Part shown: positions 17,518 through 27,441 of the stretch, piece after piece
How the letters are laid out: every line of letters begins with the position of its first letter
Position numbering within the stretch: position 1 is the first letter of the stretch
From: a virus
Lineage: Duplodnaviria > Heunggongvirae > Uroviricota > Caudoviricetes
Length of the DNA: 41,075 bases
IMG/VR virus record: IMGVR_UViG_2917393062_000004
Direction: 5' to 3' (one strand)
Made by a program: the position numbers and the translations under genes
The notes under the pieces: generated by a model
Told to the model about the DNA's origin: nothing
Databases searched by the model: none
Seen by the model: the letters and a program-made list of their open reading frames with translations, nothing else

Positions 17518-17766
17518 ATGGCATTTCGTTATTTTGAACTTACCGAAAATATTCCTTTTGAGGATGCAAGAGAGCTTCACGTACAGTTCAAACACCACTT
17601 AGAATATGTTGTAAAGGCGTTATTTATGCCAGGAACACATGAAAAGCATTTAATTGTTGAAGGCCGGGATGACGAATCGATAACACAGATATTTGGTGGG
17701 CATGATGAAAAGTTTATGCATCTTTATCATATCGATGAATATGAAAAACGTGAAGACTTAATCTAA
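17518..17766 (+). CDS. Hypothetical small protein (82 aa), AT-rich moron
   Basis: ORF with GGGAGG RBS in AT-rich DNA after the lysis cassette; palindromes upstream. Confidence 0.45.
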   Translation: MAFRYFELTENIPFEDARELHVQFKHHLEYVVKALFMPGTHEKHLIVEGRDDESITQIFGGHDEKFMHLYHIDEYEKREDLI

Positions 17767-17881
17767 CCTCCTACGACTGTTTTTATTGCCATCATAAAAG
17801 CCATTCCTTGCAGAGTGGCTTTGATAATGGATATCCCAACAAGCGGATAAGACAATAAATATACCCACCAGGGGATAAACA

Positions 17882-18127
17882 ATGTCTAAAATCACGGTTA
17901 CACCTGCATAGCAGATCCGCTTAAACCTGCTGGCGAAACTGAACTATGACACCGCCGCTGCAGCAGACGCGATTAAGTTTGTTGGTGAGGATCCGTTGAA
18001 GTATCAAATCTTTGTGAACCAGTTAAGCTGGGTAACATCTGAAAGCGGGCTGGTAGCCAGAACGACGAAAGCTATCAAAGAGTCGGAAGACACACTACTG
18101 TGGTTTGAAGCTGAATCTGGTTCATAA
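17882..18127 (+). pseudogene. Small ORF interrupted by in-frame TAG at codon 10 (17909-17911); 72 further in-frame codons lacking any Met
   Basis: RBS AGGGGA 6 nt before ATG; MSKITVTPA-TAG-QIRLNLLAKLNYDTAAAADAIKFVGEDPLKYQIF... read directly from sequence. Confidence 0.5.
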
Positions 18128-18175
18128 GTGAATGAATGTGGTAATTTAATCCTCCGCAAAAAAAAGGGGATAAAA

Positions 18176-18397
18176 ATGCCAAAGAATGTCATAGCTATTT
18201 TACCGGGTGACGCGTTTGATCATGTTGTTGTCCAGGACGACCTGGAGATTGTTACCTTCAGGGGTGACAAGGGCGGCGTGCTTACTATGCCTATCGAGGA
18301 GTACGAACTAGACGGGATAAGTTATAACGTCGCACGTTGTGACGGTATGGTCACTGACGAAAAAGTTGAGAAGGCTATCAGACACTTCACCAAGTAA
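18176..18397 (+). CDS. Hypothetical small protein (73 aa; start at MPKNVIAIL)
   Basis: AAAGGGGA RBS; followed by an intrinsic terminator. Confidence 0.5.
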   Translation: MPKNVIAILPGDAFDHVVVQDDLEIVTFRGDKGGVLTMPIEEYELDGISYNVARCDGMVTDEKVEKAIRHFTK

Positions 18398-18414
18398 TAA
18401 TCAGCTTCCGAACC

Positions 18415-18440
18415 AAGCCTCGCAATAGCGAGGCTTTTTA
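18415..18440 (+). terminator. Intrinsic terminator
   Basis: AAGCCTCGC-AATA-GCGAGGCTT followed by TTTTT. Confidence 0.75.
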
Positions 18441-18451
18441 ACGACAGAGGT

Positions 18452-18646
18452 ATGACAGTGGTTCTTACAGCTAAGCAGTTTGAAGACCTTGCATCCTTCG
18501 CGAAGGAAGATAGCCAGCCTCAATACACCATCGCAACCGGAATAATCCCAGAATTCGAAGATGATTGTGAGTTTATCCCCGTTTATGCCGGGCTCATCGC
18601 TTATTTAGAGTTACTGAATCACGGTGTATTGCAACTCGACCACTAG
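18452..18646 (+). CDS. Hypothetical small acidic protein (64 aa)
   Basis: ORF with AGAGG RBS; no recognised domain. Confidence 0.4.
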   Translation: MTVVLTAKQFEDLASFAKEDSQPQYTIATGIIPEFEDDCEFIPVYAGLIAYLELLNHGVLQLDH

Positions 18647-18720
18647 CGACATTACGCCAAGTATTCATCAAGTGCCTAGTTTAATGTTAAATTATTCCCT
18701 CATTCATAAAAGGGAATGTT

Positions 18721-19122
18721 ATGAAAATAGATCACGAGTATTTGAAAGGTCTTTTGGAAGCTTTCGAGGCGTCTGAAGAGCCGCATACTGATATAAAGCA
18801 GCTGCAGCTGGCTGGGTATGACTACAGCACCGATGAATTTTTATTCCATATGCGTTTATTGGCTGATCGTCAACTAATTGCTAGAACAGACGGCAAGTAT
18901 GGGTTTGGTTTCTCTGAGGCTGCTGATGGAGGATCATGGTTCGTTATACCGTTACGATTAACTTCAAGCGGTCATGACTTCCTTGAAGCTCTCAGGAATA
19001 AAGAGGTTTGGAATTCTCTCAAGACCGGCTTTAAAGATGCAAGCATTGGAACATTAGTTGACGTTTCAAGGCGTTTGCTGGATGGTTATATTCAGAAAAA
19101 AATTGACGACTTAATTGGCTAA
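18721..19122 (+). CDS. Hypothetical protein, DUF2513-like (133 aa)
   Basis: N-terminal MKIDHEYLKGLLEAFE resembles recalled DUF2513 proteins; AT-rich; own terminator downstream. Confidence 0.5.
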   Translation: MKIDHEYLKGLLEAFEASEEPHTDIKQLQLAGYDYSTDEFLFHMRLLADRQLIARTDGKYGFGFSEAADGGSWFVIPLRLTSSGHDFLEALRNKEVWNSLKTGFKDASIGTLVDVSRRLLDGYIQKKIDDLIG

Positions 19123-19138
19123 TATTTTATATAACCAT

Positions 19139-19167
19139 CAGCCCCGCAATCGCGGGGCTTTTTTTAT
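19139..19167 (+). terminator. Intrinsic terminator
   Basis: AGCCCCGC-AAT-CGCGGGGCT followed by TTTTTTT. Confidence 0.8.
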
Positions 19168-19257
19168 TGCCATTATGATGGCAGATACATTGCTATGGCG
19201 TAACAGGATTTCAACTATGAACCCAACAGAAGCAGCTACATCACCGAAGGACGGATA

Positions 19258-19608
19258 ATGCCACCACGCACACCAAAAGCCTGCAGTGTTCGCGGGTGCC
19301 GCCATACCACCACTGACCCGTCAGGTTATTGCGAAAGCCACAAAAGCGAAGGCTGGAAGCAATACAAGCCAGGACAATCCCGTCATCAGCGCGGCTACGG
19401 TTCGAAGTGGGATGTTATCCGCGCGCGTGTGCTGAAGCGTGACAAAGGTTTATGTCAGTTATGTCTGCGTGCCGGTGTGGTGCGTGAGGCGAAAACCGTT
19501 GACCACATCATCCCTAAAGCGCATGGCGGCACTGATGCCGACAGCAATCTGCAGAGCCTGTGCTGGCCGTGTCATAAGGCGAAGACGGCCCGTGAACGGT
19601 TGAAGTAA
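19258..19608 (+). CDS. HNH endonuclease (terminase-associated)
   Basis: Cys-rich zinc-finger plus HNH motif (DHIIPKAHGGTDADSNLQSLCWPCHKAK); immediately upstream of terminase small subunit as in HK97-like phages. Confidence 0.85.
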   Translation: MPPRTPKACSVRGCRHTTTDPSGYCESHKSEGWKQYKPGQSRHQRGYGSKWDVIRARVLKRDKGLCQLCLRAGVVREAKTVDHIIPKAHGGTDADSNLQSLCWPCHKAKTARERLK

Positions 19609-19634
19609 GAACCAGTTCCCACTGCCAGAGGGGA

Positions 19635-19694
19635 GGGGCGGGTCAAATCCCTGCGGCCTGACGTCTTCCGGACTGCCCGCCCCATCGTTTTTTT
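19635..19694 (+). other. Long GC-rich hairpin with T7 run between HNH and terminase genes (terminator-like; possible cos-region element)
   Basis: GGGGCGGG ... CCCGCCCC inverted repeat with about 33-nt loop followed by TTTTTTT. Confidence 0.35.
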
Positions 19695-19733
19695 ATACCC
19701 GCGAAAAATGAAATTTAACCAGGAGTGCCGCAT

Positions 19734-20228
19734 ATGGCTGGAACGGCGGGGCGTTCCGGGCGTCGCCCCAAGCCAACGGCGCGCAAGGCGCTGGCCGGAA
19801 ACCCCGGCAAGCGAGCCCTGAATAAAGATGAACCTGTTTTTACGCCCATCAAAGGTGTTGAGCCACCGGAGTGGTTCGCTGAAGAAGATCTCCCTCTCGC
19901 CACGATCATGTGGCAACTGACAACTAAAGAACTCTGCGGTCAGGGCCTGCTGTGCGTGACTGACCTCGCGGTGCTTGAGCGGTGGTGCGTGGCCTATGAG
20001 TTCTGGCGACGTGCCGTGAAAAATATTGCCATACAGGGCAACACCATCACCGGTGCAATGGGCGGCAGGGTCAAAAATCCGGAGCTGACCGCCAAAAAAG
20101 AACAGGAGTCCGAGATGAGCAGCACGGGGGCAATGCTCGGACTCGACCCCAGCAGCCGCCAGCGTCTGATTGGCCTGGCGGGGCAGAAGAAAGCCACTAA
20201 CCCGTTTCTGAAAATCATCGAGTCATGA
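19734..20228 (+). CDS. Terminase small subunit (P27 family)
   Basis: AGGAG RBS; N-terminal basic region [14 protein letters not shown]...GNPGKR typical of P27-type small terminases. Confidence 0.8.
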   Translation: MAGTAGRSGRRPKPTARKALAGNPGKRALNKDEPVFTPIKGVEPPEWFAEEDLPLATIMWQLTTKELCGQGLLCVTDLAVLERWCVAYEFWRRAVKNIAIQGNTITGAMGGRVKNPELTAKKEQESEMSSTGAMLGLDPSSRQRLIGLAGQKKATNPFLKIIES

Positions 20229-21958
20229 GCCGGAAATCTTACCCCAACGTAAATGCTGCCAATCAGTATGCCCGGGATGTCGTGCGCGGAAAGATTGTGG
20301 CCTGCCAGTTTGTGATTCAGGCCTGCCAGCGCCATCTTGATGACCTGATGGCGGAAAAAAGTAAGTCGTTTCGTTACCGCTTCGACAAGGACCTGGCTGA
20401 ACGGGCCGCCAAATTTATTCAGCTGTTGCCGCACACCAAGGGTGAGTGGGCATTTAAGAGGATGCCCATCACGCTGGAGCCGTGGCAGCTCTTTGTGATC
20501 TGCTGCGCGTTTGGCTGGGTCAATAAAGGCTCCCGGCTGCGCCGCTTCCGTGAGGTGTATACCGAAATCCCCCGTAAGAACGGCAAATCGGCAATCTCTG
20601 CCGGTGTCGCCCTGTATTGTTTTGCCTGTGATAACGAGTTCGGCGCGGAAGTGTATTCCGGTGCCACGACGGAGAAACAGGCATGGGAAGTCTTTCGTCC
20701 GGCAAGACTGATGTGTAAACGCACACCCATGCTGACGGAAGCGTTCGGGATTGAGGTTAACGCCTCAAACATGAACCGTCCGGAGGATGGTGCGCGTTTT
20801 GAACCGCTGATCGGTAACCCCGGTGATGGTTCATCACCCCACTGTGCGGTGGTGGATGAATATCACGAGCACGCCACAGATGCGCTTTACACCACGATGC
20901 TTACCGGGATGGGGGCGCGACGTCAGCCACTGATGTGGGCTATCACTACCGCCGGGTACAACATTGAGGGGCCGTGCTACGACAAACGGCGGGAAGTCAT
21001 CGAGATGCTCAACGGCTCGGTGCCTAACGATGAACTGTTCGGGATCATCTATACCGTTGATGAAGGTGACGACTGGACCGACCCGCAGGTGCTGGAAAAA
21101 GCCAATCCAAATATTGGCGTGTCGGTTTATCGCGAATTTTTGTTAAGTCAGCAGCAGCGTGCGAAAAATAACGCCCGTCTGGCAAACGTCTTTAAAACAA
21201 AACACCTCAATATCTGGGTGTCGGCGCGTTCGGCGTATTTCAACCTGGTAAGCTGGCAGAGCTGCGAGGATAAATCACTGACCCTTGAGCAGTTCGAGGG
21301 GCAGCCGTGCATTCTGGCCTTTGACCTGGCGCGTAAGCTGGATATGAACAGCATGGCGCGACTTTATACCCGCGAGATTGACGGTAAAACGCATTACTAC
21401 AGTGTGGCCCCGCGTTTCTGGGTACCGTATGACACGGTGTACAGCGTCGAGAAAAATGAAGATCGACGGACAGCCGAACGCTTTCAGAAATGGGTGGAAA
21501 TGGGCGTCCTGACCGTTACCGATGGTGCAGAGGTGGATTATCGCTACCTCCTCGAGGAGGCCAAAGCGGCGAACAAAATCAGCCCGGTCAGTGAGTCACC
21601 CATCGACCCCTTCGGGGCGACCGGGTTGTCACATGACCTTGCTGATGAAGACCTGAACCCCATCACTATCATTCAGAACTACACCAACATGTCCGACCCG
21701 ATGAAAGAGCTGGAAGCGGCAATTGAATCGGGGCGCTTTCATCATGACGGCAATCCCATCATGACCTGGTGTATCGGCAACGTGGTCGGCAAAACCATTC
21801 CGGGTAACGATGATGTGGTGAAACCCGTCAAAGAGCAGGCGGAAAACAAAATCGATGGTGCAGTTGCGCTGATTATGGCGGTTGGCAGAGCCATGCTGTA
21901 CGAGAAAGAAGACACGCTGTCTGACCACATTGAGTCCTATGGGATCCGCTCGCTTTAA
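20225..21958 (+). CDS. Terminase large subunit
   Basis: 577-aa ORF overlapping small subunit stop; ATPase and nuclease regions typical of HK97-type TerL. Confidence 0.9.
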
Positions 21959-21969
21959 CTGAGGTAATT

Positions 21970-22152
21970 ATGATCATGCTGATTCTCGCGCCTCTGGTGG
22001 GCGTGCTGGGGGCGCTTTTGCTGGCGTATGGTGCCTGGCTGATTTATCCCCCGGCGGGGTTTGTTGTTGCCGGGGCGTTGTGTCTGTTCTGGTCGTGGCT
22101 GGTGGCGCGATATCTCGACCGTACACAGTCGTCTGTCGGCGGAGGTAAATAG
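21970..22152 (+). CDS. Small hydrophobic protein (60 aa, two predicted TM segments)
   Basis: GAGGTAA RBS; [46 protein letters not shown]; between terminase and portal. Confidence 0.45.
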
Positions 22153-23393
22153 TGTTCTTTTCGGGATTATTTCAACGAAAAAGTGACGCACCGGTGACCA
22201 CGCCAGCAGAGCTGGCGGATGCTATCGGGTTGTCCTACGACACCTATACCGGAAAGCAGATCAGCAGCCAGCGGGCCATGCGACTGACGGCGGTTTTTTC
22301 CTGTGTCAGGGTGCTGGCGGAGTCGGTCGGGATGTTGCCCTGCAACCTGTATCACCTGAACGGCAGCCTGAAGCAGAGAGCCACTGGCGAACGTCTGCAT
22401 AAGCTGATCTCCACGCATCCCAATGGCTATATGACGCCGCAGGAGTTCTGGGAGCTGGTGGTCACCTGTCTGTGCCTGCGGGGAAACTTTTACGCCTACA
22501 AAGTGAAAGCATTTGGCGAAGTGGCTGAACTGCTGCCCGTCGATCCCGGCTGTGTGGTACCGAAGCTTAACAGTAGCTGGGAGCCGGTCTATCAGGTCAC
22601 ATTCCCGGATGGCTCCACGGATGTACTGAGCCAGGAGGATATCTGGCATGTGCGCACGCTGACGCTGGACGGACTGGTGGGGCTGAATCCCATCGCCTAT
22701 GCCCGCGAGGCAATATCGCTGGCGGCAGCGACCGAAGAGCACGGGGCCAGACTGTTCAGCAATGGCGCGGTGACGTCGGGTGTGTTGCGTACAGAGCAGA
22801 CGCTGTCAGATCAGGCTTATGAGCGCCTGAAGAAAGATTTTGAGGAGCGTCACACCGGGCTTGGCAATGCTCACCGCCCGATGATCCTTGAGATGGGGCT
22901 GGACTGGAAGTCGATGGCGCTGAACGCCGAGGACAGCCAGTTCCTGGAAACCCGCAAGTTTCAGCTTGAAGAAATCTGTCGTCTGTTCCGGGTGCCGTTG
23001 CACATGGTGCAGAACACCGATCGCGCCACCTTCAACAATATCGAAGAGCTGGGGCTGGGATTTATCAACTATTCACTGGTGCCGTATCTGACCCGCATCG
23101 AACAGCGGATCAACACCGGACTGGTACGAAAAAGTAAGCAGGGCGTTTATTACGCCAAATTTAACGCCGGGGCGTTACTGCGCGGGGATATGAAGTCCCG
23201 TTTTGAAGCCTACGCCACCGGGATCAACTGGGGAATTTACTCTCCCAATGACTGCCGCGACCTGGAAGATATGAATCCACGTCCCGGTGGTGATGTCTAT
23301 CTCACACCGATGAACATGACCACGAAACCCTCCGATGGCAGTAAAGCCGGTAAGCAGAAGGATAACGCCAATGCAGACGAAACAACGTCTTGA
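22152..23393 (+). CDS. Portal protein (HK97 family)
   Basis: 413-aa ORF, GTG start with GGAGG RBS; position after TerL and before prohead protease. Confidence 0.85.
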   Translation: MFFSGLFQRKSDAPVTTPAELADAIGLSYDTYTGKQISSQRAMRLTAVFSCVRVLAESVGMLPCNLYHLNGSLKQRATGERLHKLISTHPNGYMTPQEFWELVVTCLCLRGNFYAYKVKAFGEVAELLPVDPGCVVPKLNSSWEPVYQVTFPDGSTDVLSQEDIWHVRTLTLDGLVGLNPIAYAREAISLAAATEEHGARLFSNGAVTSGVLRTEQTLSDQAYERLKKDFEERHTGLGNAHRPMILEMGLDWKSMALNAEDSQFLETRKFQLEEICRLFRVPLHMVQNTDRATFNNIEELGLGFINYSLVPYLTRIEQRINTGLVRKSKQGVYYAKFNAGALLRGDMKSRFEAYATGINWGIYSPNDCRDLEDMNPRPGGDVYLTPMNMTTKPSDGSKAGKQKDNANADETTS

Positions 23394-24021
23394 TGTACCG
23401 CTGAGTCTGAAATCTGTCAGTGACTCCGGTGAGTTTGAAGGGTATGGCTCCGTCTTTGGTGTAAAGGACAGCCACGATGATGTGGTGATGTCCGGGGCAT
23501 TTGCTGCTTCCCTGCGGGTGTGGAGTGACAGAAAAGCGTTACCTGCGCTGCTCTGGCAGCACCGCATGGATGAGCCCATCGGTGTTTACACCGAAATGAA
23601 GGAAGACGATGTCGGGCTTTACGTCAGGGGGCGGTTGCTCATTGATGATGATCCCCTGGCAAAACGCGCACATGCACACATGAAGGCCGGTTCGTTAACC
23701 GGCCTTTCTATTGGGTACGTCCTAAAGGACTGGGAATACGACCGGACGAAAGAAGCCTTTCTGCTGAAAGAAATCGACCTCTGGGAAGTCAGTCTGGTGA
23801 CATTCCCGTCTAACGACGAGGCGCGGATCAGCGACGTCAAGAACGCACTGGCCCGCGGGGAAATCCCCGAACAGAAAAAAATCGAAAGAGTCCTGCGTGA
23901 TGTCGGACTCTCCCGTACCCAGGCCAAAGCATTCATGGCCGGGGGCTATGGCGCACTGTCCCTGCGCGAGGCTGAGGATGTGGGCTCTGCACTGAATGCA
24001 CTGAAAAATCTGAACTTCTAA
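23371..24021 (+). CDS. Prohead maturation protease (HK97 family)
   Basis: Start at MQTKQRL overlapping portal stop; position between portal and capsid. Confidence 0.8.
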   Translation: MQTKQRLDVPLSLKSVSDSGEFEGYGSVFGVKDSHDDVVMSGAFAASLRVWSDRKALPALLWQHRMDEPIGVYTEMKEDDVGLYVRGRLLIDDDPLAKRAHAHMKAGSLTGLSIGYVLKDWEYDRTKEAFLLKEIDLWEVSLVTFPSNDEARISDVKNALARGEIPEQKKIERVLRDVGLSRTQAKAFMAGGYGALSLREAEDVGSALNALKNLNF

Positions 24022-24035
24022 TCAGGAGAAATACG

Positions 24036-25241
24036 ATGGCGGTTGATATTAAAGATGTCGAACAGGTCGCGCAGGAGCTGCAGCAGAAGTTTGACGACTT
24101 CAAAGCAAAGAACGACAAGCGCGTTGAGGCGATTGAGCAGGAAAAAGGCAAACTTGCCGGGCAGGTGGAAACCCTGAACGGAAAACTCAGCGAGCTGGAA
24201 AATCTCAAAAGCGACCTTGAAAAAGAGCTGCTTGAGCTGAAACGTCCGGCAGGTGGTGCGCAAAATAAACTGGCCACCGAGCATAAAGAAGCGTTTGTGG
24301 GCTTCCTGCGTAAAGGCCGTGAAGATGGTCTGCGCGATCTGGAGCGCAAGGCATTACAGGTGGGCACCGATGAAGACGGTGGCTATGCCGTGCCGGAAGC
24401 GCTGGATCGCAACATTCTGACCTTGCTGAAAGATGAAGTGGTGATGCGTCAGGAAGCCACGGTGATCACCGTTGGTGGTTCCGACTACAAAAAACTGGTG
24501 AATCTGGGCAGCACGGATTCCGGATGGGTTGGCGAGACTGACGCGCGCTCCCAGACTGCCACCTCAAAACTGGGGCTGATTGAACCTTTCATGGGGGAAA
24601 TCTACGGTAACCCGCAGGCCACCCAGAAAATGCTGGATGATGCCTTTTTCAACGTGGAGGCCTGGATCAACAGCGAGCTGGCAACCGAATTTGCCGAACA
24701 GGAAGAAATTGCCTTTACCACCGGCGATGGTACCAAGAAGCCGAAAGGGTTCCTGGCGTATGAATCCACGGATGAAACCGATAAGGTCCGGGCGTTCGGC
24801 AAACTTCAGCATATTGTATCCGGCGACGCGACTGCGGTGACCGCAGACGCCATTATCAAACTGATTTACACGCTGCGAAAGGCACACCGCACTGGCGCGA
24901 AGTTCATGATGAACAACAACAGCCTGTTTGCCATCCGTCTGCTGAAAGACACCGAGGGTAACTATCTGTGGCGTCCGGGGCTGGAACTGGGGCAGCCGTC
25001 CTCTCTGGCGGGTTACGGTATCGCTGAAAACGAACAGATGCCGGATATCGCCGCTGATGCGAAAGCCATTGCATTTGGTAACTTCAAACGGGGTTACACC
25101 ATCGTTGACCGTATCGGCACCCGCATTCTGCGTGATCCGTACACCAATAAACCGTTTGTCGGTTTTTATACCACCAAGCGCACCGGCGGGATGTTGGTCG
25201 ATTCGCAGGCCATCAAACTGCTGAAGATTGCAGCGGCGTAA
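24036..25241 (+). CDS. Major capsid protein (HK97 fold, N-terminal coiled-coil delta domain)
   Basis: 401-aa ORF with AGGAGA RBS; coiled-coil N-terminus then capsid core; followed by GC hairpin. Confidence 0.9.
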   Translation: MAVDIKDVEQVAQELQQKFDDFKAKNDKRVEAIEQEKGKLAGQVETLNGKLSELENLKSDLEKELLELKRPAGGAQNKLATEHKEAFVGFLRKGREDGLRDLERKALQVGTDEDGGYAVPEALDRNILTLLKDEVVMRQEATVITVGGSDYKKLVNLGSTDSGWVGETDARSQTATSKLGLIEPFMGEIYGNPQATQKMLDDAFFNVEAWINSELATEFAEQEEIAFTTGDGTKKPKGFLAYESTDETDKVRAFGKLQHIVSGDATAVTADAIIKLIYTLRKAHRTGAKFMMNNNSLFAIRLLKDTEGNYLWRPGLELGQPSSLAGYGIAENEQMPDIAADAKAIAFGNFKRGYTIVDRIGTRILRDPYTNKPFVGFYTTKRTGGMLVDSQAIKLLKIAAA

Positions 25242-25248
25242 TCATTCA

Positions 25249-25268
25249 GGGGCGCGGAACCGCGCCCC
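25249..25268 (+). terminator. GC-rich hairpin after major capsid gene (attenuator/terminator-like)
   Basis: GGGGCGCGG-AAC-CGCGCCCC followed by CTGTTCTG (weak U-tract). Confidence 0.4.
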
Positions 25269-25290
25269 CTGTTCTGACGGGTGAAGAATC

Positions 25291-25491
25291 ATGATCCTGA
25301 AACAAGATCTGAAATGGTCACCGGACGGTATGCGTGTTGAGGTCATTCGGGCCGGTGAGTATGACGACGGGGCGCTTCCTGCCCGGGTGCAGGAGATTGC
25401 ACTTCAGGCCGGGTTAGCTGAGCGCGGAACCAGTGCAAAAAGCAGTAAAGCGGCAAAAGAGAAAAAAGCCACGACCAGTAAAGAGAGCTGA
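25291..25491 (+). CDS. Hypothetical small head-module protein (66 aa)
   Basis: ORF between capsid and connector genes; Lys/Ser-rich C-terminus. Confidence 0.45.
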   Translation: MILKQDLKWSPDGMRVEVIRAGEYDDGALPARVQEIALQAGLAERGTSAKSSKAAKEKKATTSKES

Positions 25492-25493
25492 GT

Positions 25494-25817
25494 ATGCTTC
25501 TGACAATGGAAGAGATTAAAGCCCAACTCCGGCTGGATGAGGATTTCGATGCTGATGACCGCCATCTGCAACTGCTGGCCTGTGCGGCGCAAAAGCGGAC
25601 GGAAACGTATCTGAACCGGAAGCTCTATGCACCGGATGAATCCATTCCGGACAGCGATCCGGACGGGCTGCACCTGCCGGATGATATTCGTCTGGGGATG
25701 CTGATGCTTATCAGCCATTTTTACGAAAACCGCTCGTCGGTTACGGAAGTGGAGAAACTCGACATGCCGCAGAGTTTTGGCTGGCTTGTCGGCCCGTACA
25801 GGTACTTTCCGCAATGA
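25494..25817 (+). CDS. Head-tail connector (gp6-like)
   Basis: 107-aa ORF, conserved position; N-terminal MEEIKAQLRLD typical of gp6-like adaptors as recalled. Confidence 0.7.
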   Translation: MLLTMEEIKAQLRLDEDFDADDRHLQLLACAAQKRTETYLNRKLYAPDESIPDSDPDGLHLPDDIRLGMLMLISHFYENRSSVTEVEKLDMPQSFGWLVGPYRYFPQ

Positions 25818-26224
25818 AAATTCGTCAGGCGCAGACCAGCGCAACCTACATTCTGCCGGACCCCGGTGAACTGAATAAACGCGTCCTGATCCGCCTGCGG
25901 GTGGATATGCCCGCGGATAACTTTGGCGTGGAGTCTCAATACCCGGTTACGTTTCGGACATGGGCGAAGGTTATCCAGACCAGTGCCACCACCTGGCAGG
26001 AAACCGCGCAGACCGGGGACGCCATCACCCATTACATCACCATTCGTTACCGCCGGGGGATCACCGCTGATTATGAGGTGGTCTGCGGTGACAGTGTGTA
26101 CCGGGTGAAACGTCAGCGCGATCTGAACGGGGCGCGGCGCTTTCTGCTGCTGGAGTGTACGGAGCTGGGCGAATGTAGGCAGAGTCACGGAGGCAACAAT
26201 GACGACTTCCTTTTTGCACGTTGA
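25814..26224 (+). CDS. Head-tail joining / head closure protein
   Basis: 136-aa ORF overlapping neighbours; conserved position. Confidence 0.6.
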   Translation: MKIRQAQTSATYILPDPGELNKRVLIRLRVDMPADNFGVESQYPVTFRTWAKVIQTSATTWQETAQTGDAITHYITIRYRRGITADYEVVCGDSVYRVKRQRDLNGARRFLLLECTELGECRQSHGGNNDDFLFAR

Positions 26225-26705
26225 TTTTCAGCAGCCCGCGGAGATGCGCTTTAACCGCGCCCGTGTCCGGCGGGCGTTTGTCACGATTGGTCAGCGTCAT
26301 ATGCGTGATGCCCGTCGGCTGGTGATGCGCCGTGCGCGGTCGGCACCGGGTGAAAACCCCGGTTATCAGACCGGACGCCTGGCTCGTTCAATTGGTTACA
26401 TGGTACCCAGAGCCAGTAAACATCGCCCTGGTTTTATGGCACGTATAGCCCCTAACCAGCGTAATGGAGAGGGAAACCGCCGTATCACCGGTGATTTTTA
26501 TCCGGCTTTTTTGTTCTATGGCGTGAGGCGAGGGGCAAAGCGTCGTCGCAGCCATCATCGTGGTGCATCCGGTGGCAGCGGCTGGCGACTGGCTCCACGT
26601 AATAACTTCATGGTGGAAACTCTTGAAAAGAACCGCAGCTGGACACGCTATTTTCTGGCGCGGGAATTGCGTAAATCACTGAAGCCGGAGCGACGACACA
26701 GATGA
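26199..26705 (+). CDS. HK97 gp10-like tail-component protein
   Basis: 168-aa basic ORF with GGAGG RBS at conserved position. Confidence 0.55.
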   Translation: MTTSFLHVDFQQPAEMRFNRARVRRAFVTIGQRHMRDARRLVMRRARSAPGENPGYQTGRLARSIGYMVPRASKHRPGFMARIAPNQRNGEGNRRITGDFYPAFLFYGVRRGAKRRRSHHRGASGGSGWRLAPRNNFMVETLEKNRSWTRYFLARELRKSLKPERRHR

Positions 26706-27262
26706 AACTGACGCCTGTTATTGCTGCACTGCGTGCCCGCTGTCCATATTTTGAAAACCGGGTTGCAGGCGCGGCCCAGTTCAAAAATCTGCCGGAGGTC
26801 GGAAAGCTGAAACTCCCGGCGGCATATGTTGTACCGGGTGATGATTCTCCGGGAGAAAACAAAAGCCAGACCGACTACTGGCAGGAGCTGAAAGAGGGTT
26901 TCTCCGTGGTTGTCATACTGAGTAACGGGCATGATGAGCGCGGTCAGTTTGCCTCGTATGATGTGGTGGACGATGTCCGGCAGATGCTCTTTAAGGCTCT
27001 GCTGGGCTGGAACCCGGAGGCGTGCGGTAACCCGATTACCTATGACGGCGGCACGCTGCTGGATCTGAATCGTCATGAGCTGATTTATCAGTTCGATTTT
27101 TCGGTCATCAGCGAGCTGACTGAAGACGATACCCGCCAGCAGGATGATCTGAACAGTCTGGATGAACTGCAAACGCTGGCGATTGATGTTGATTATCTCG
27201 AGCCCGGTAACGGGCCTGACGGCGATATCGAACATCACACCGAAATAACCCTTCCTTCCTGA
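26702..27262 (+). CDS. Putative tail completion / tail terminator protein
   Basis: 186-aa acidic ORF immediately upstream of the sheath cluster. Confidence 0.5.
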   Translation: MKLTPVIAALRARCPYFENRVAGAAQFKNLPEVGKLKLPAAYVVPGDDSPGENKSQTDYWQELKEGFSVVVILSNGHDERGQFASYDVVDDVRQMLFKALLGWNPEACGNPITYDGGTLLDLNRHELIYQFDFSVISELTEDDTRQQDDLNSLDELQTLAIDVDYLEPGNGPDGDIEHHTEITLPS

Positions 27263-27270
27263 GGAGCCTC

Positions 27271-27441
27271 ATGTTTGTCAAACCTGTTAAAGGGCGGTCA
27301 GTTCCTGACCCTGCCCGCGGCGACCTTTTGCCCGCCGAAGGGCGAAATGTTGACGAGAACAACTACTGGCTGCGCCGTGAAGCAGCGGGTGATATCCGGC
27401 GCGTGAATAAAAAGGTGAATACCGATGACGATAAGCTTTAA
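27271..27441 (+). CDS. DUF2635-like small protein preceding tail sheath (56 aa)
   Basis: GAGGAG RBS 4 nt before ATG; MFVKPVKGRSVPDP...NNYWLRR resembles recalled DUF2635 proteins found before Mu-type sheath genes; below ORF-track length cutoff. Confidence 0.6.
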   Translation: MFVKPVKGRSVPDPARGDLLPAEGRNVDENNYWLRREAAGDIRRVNKKVNTDDDKL

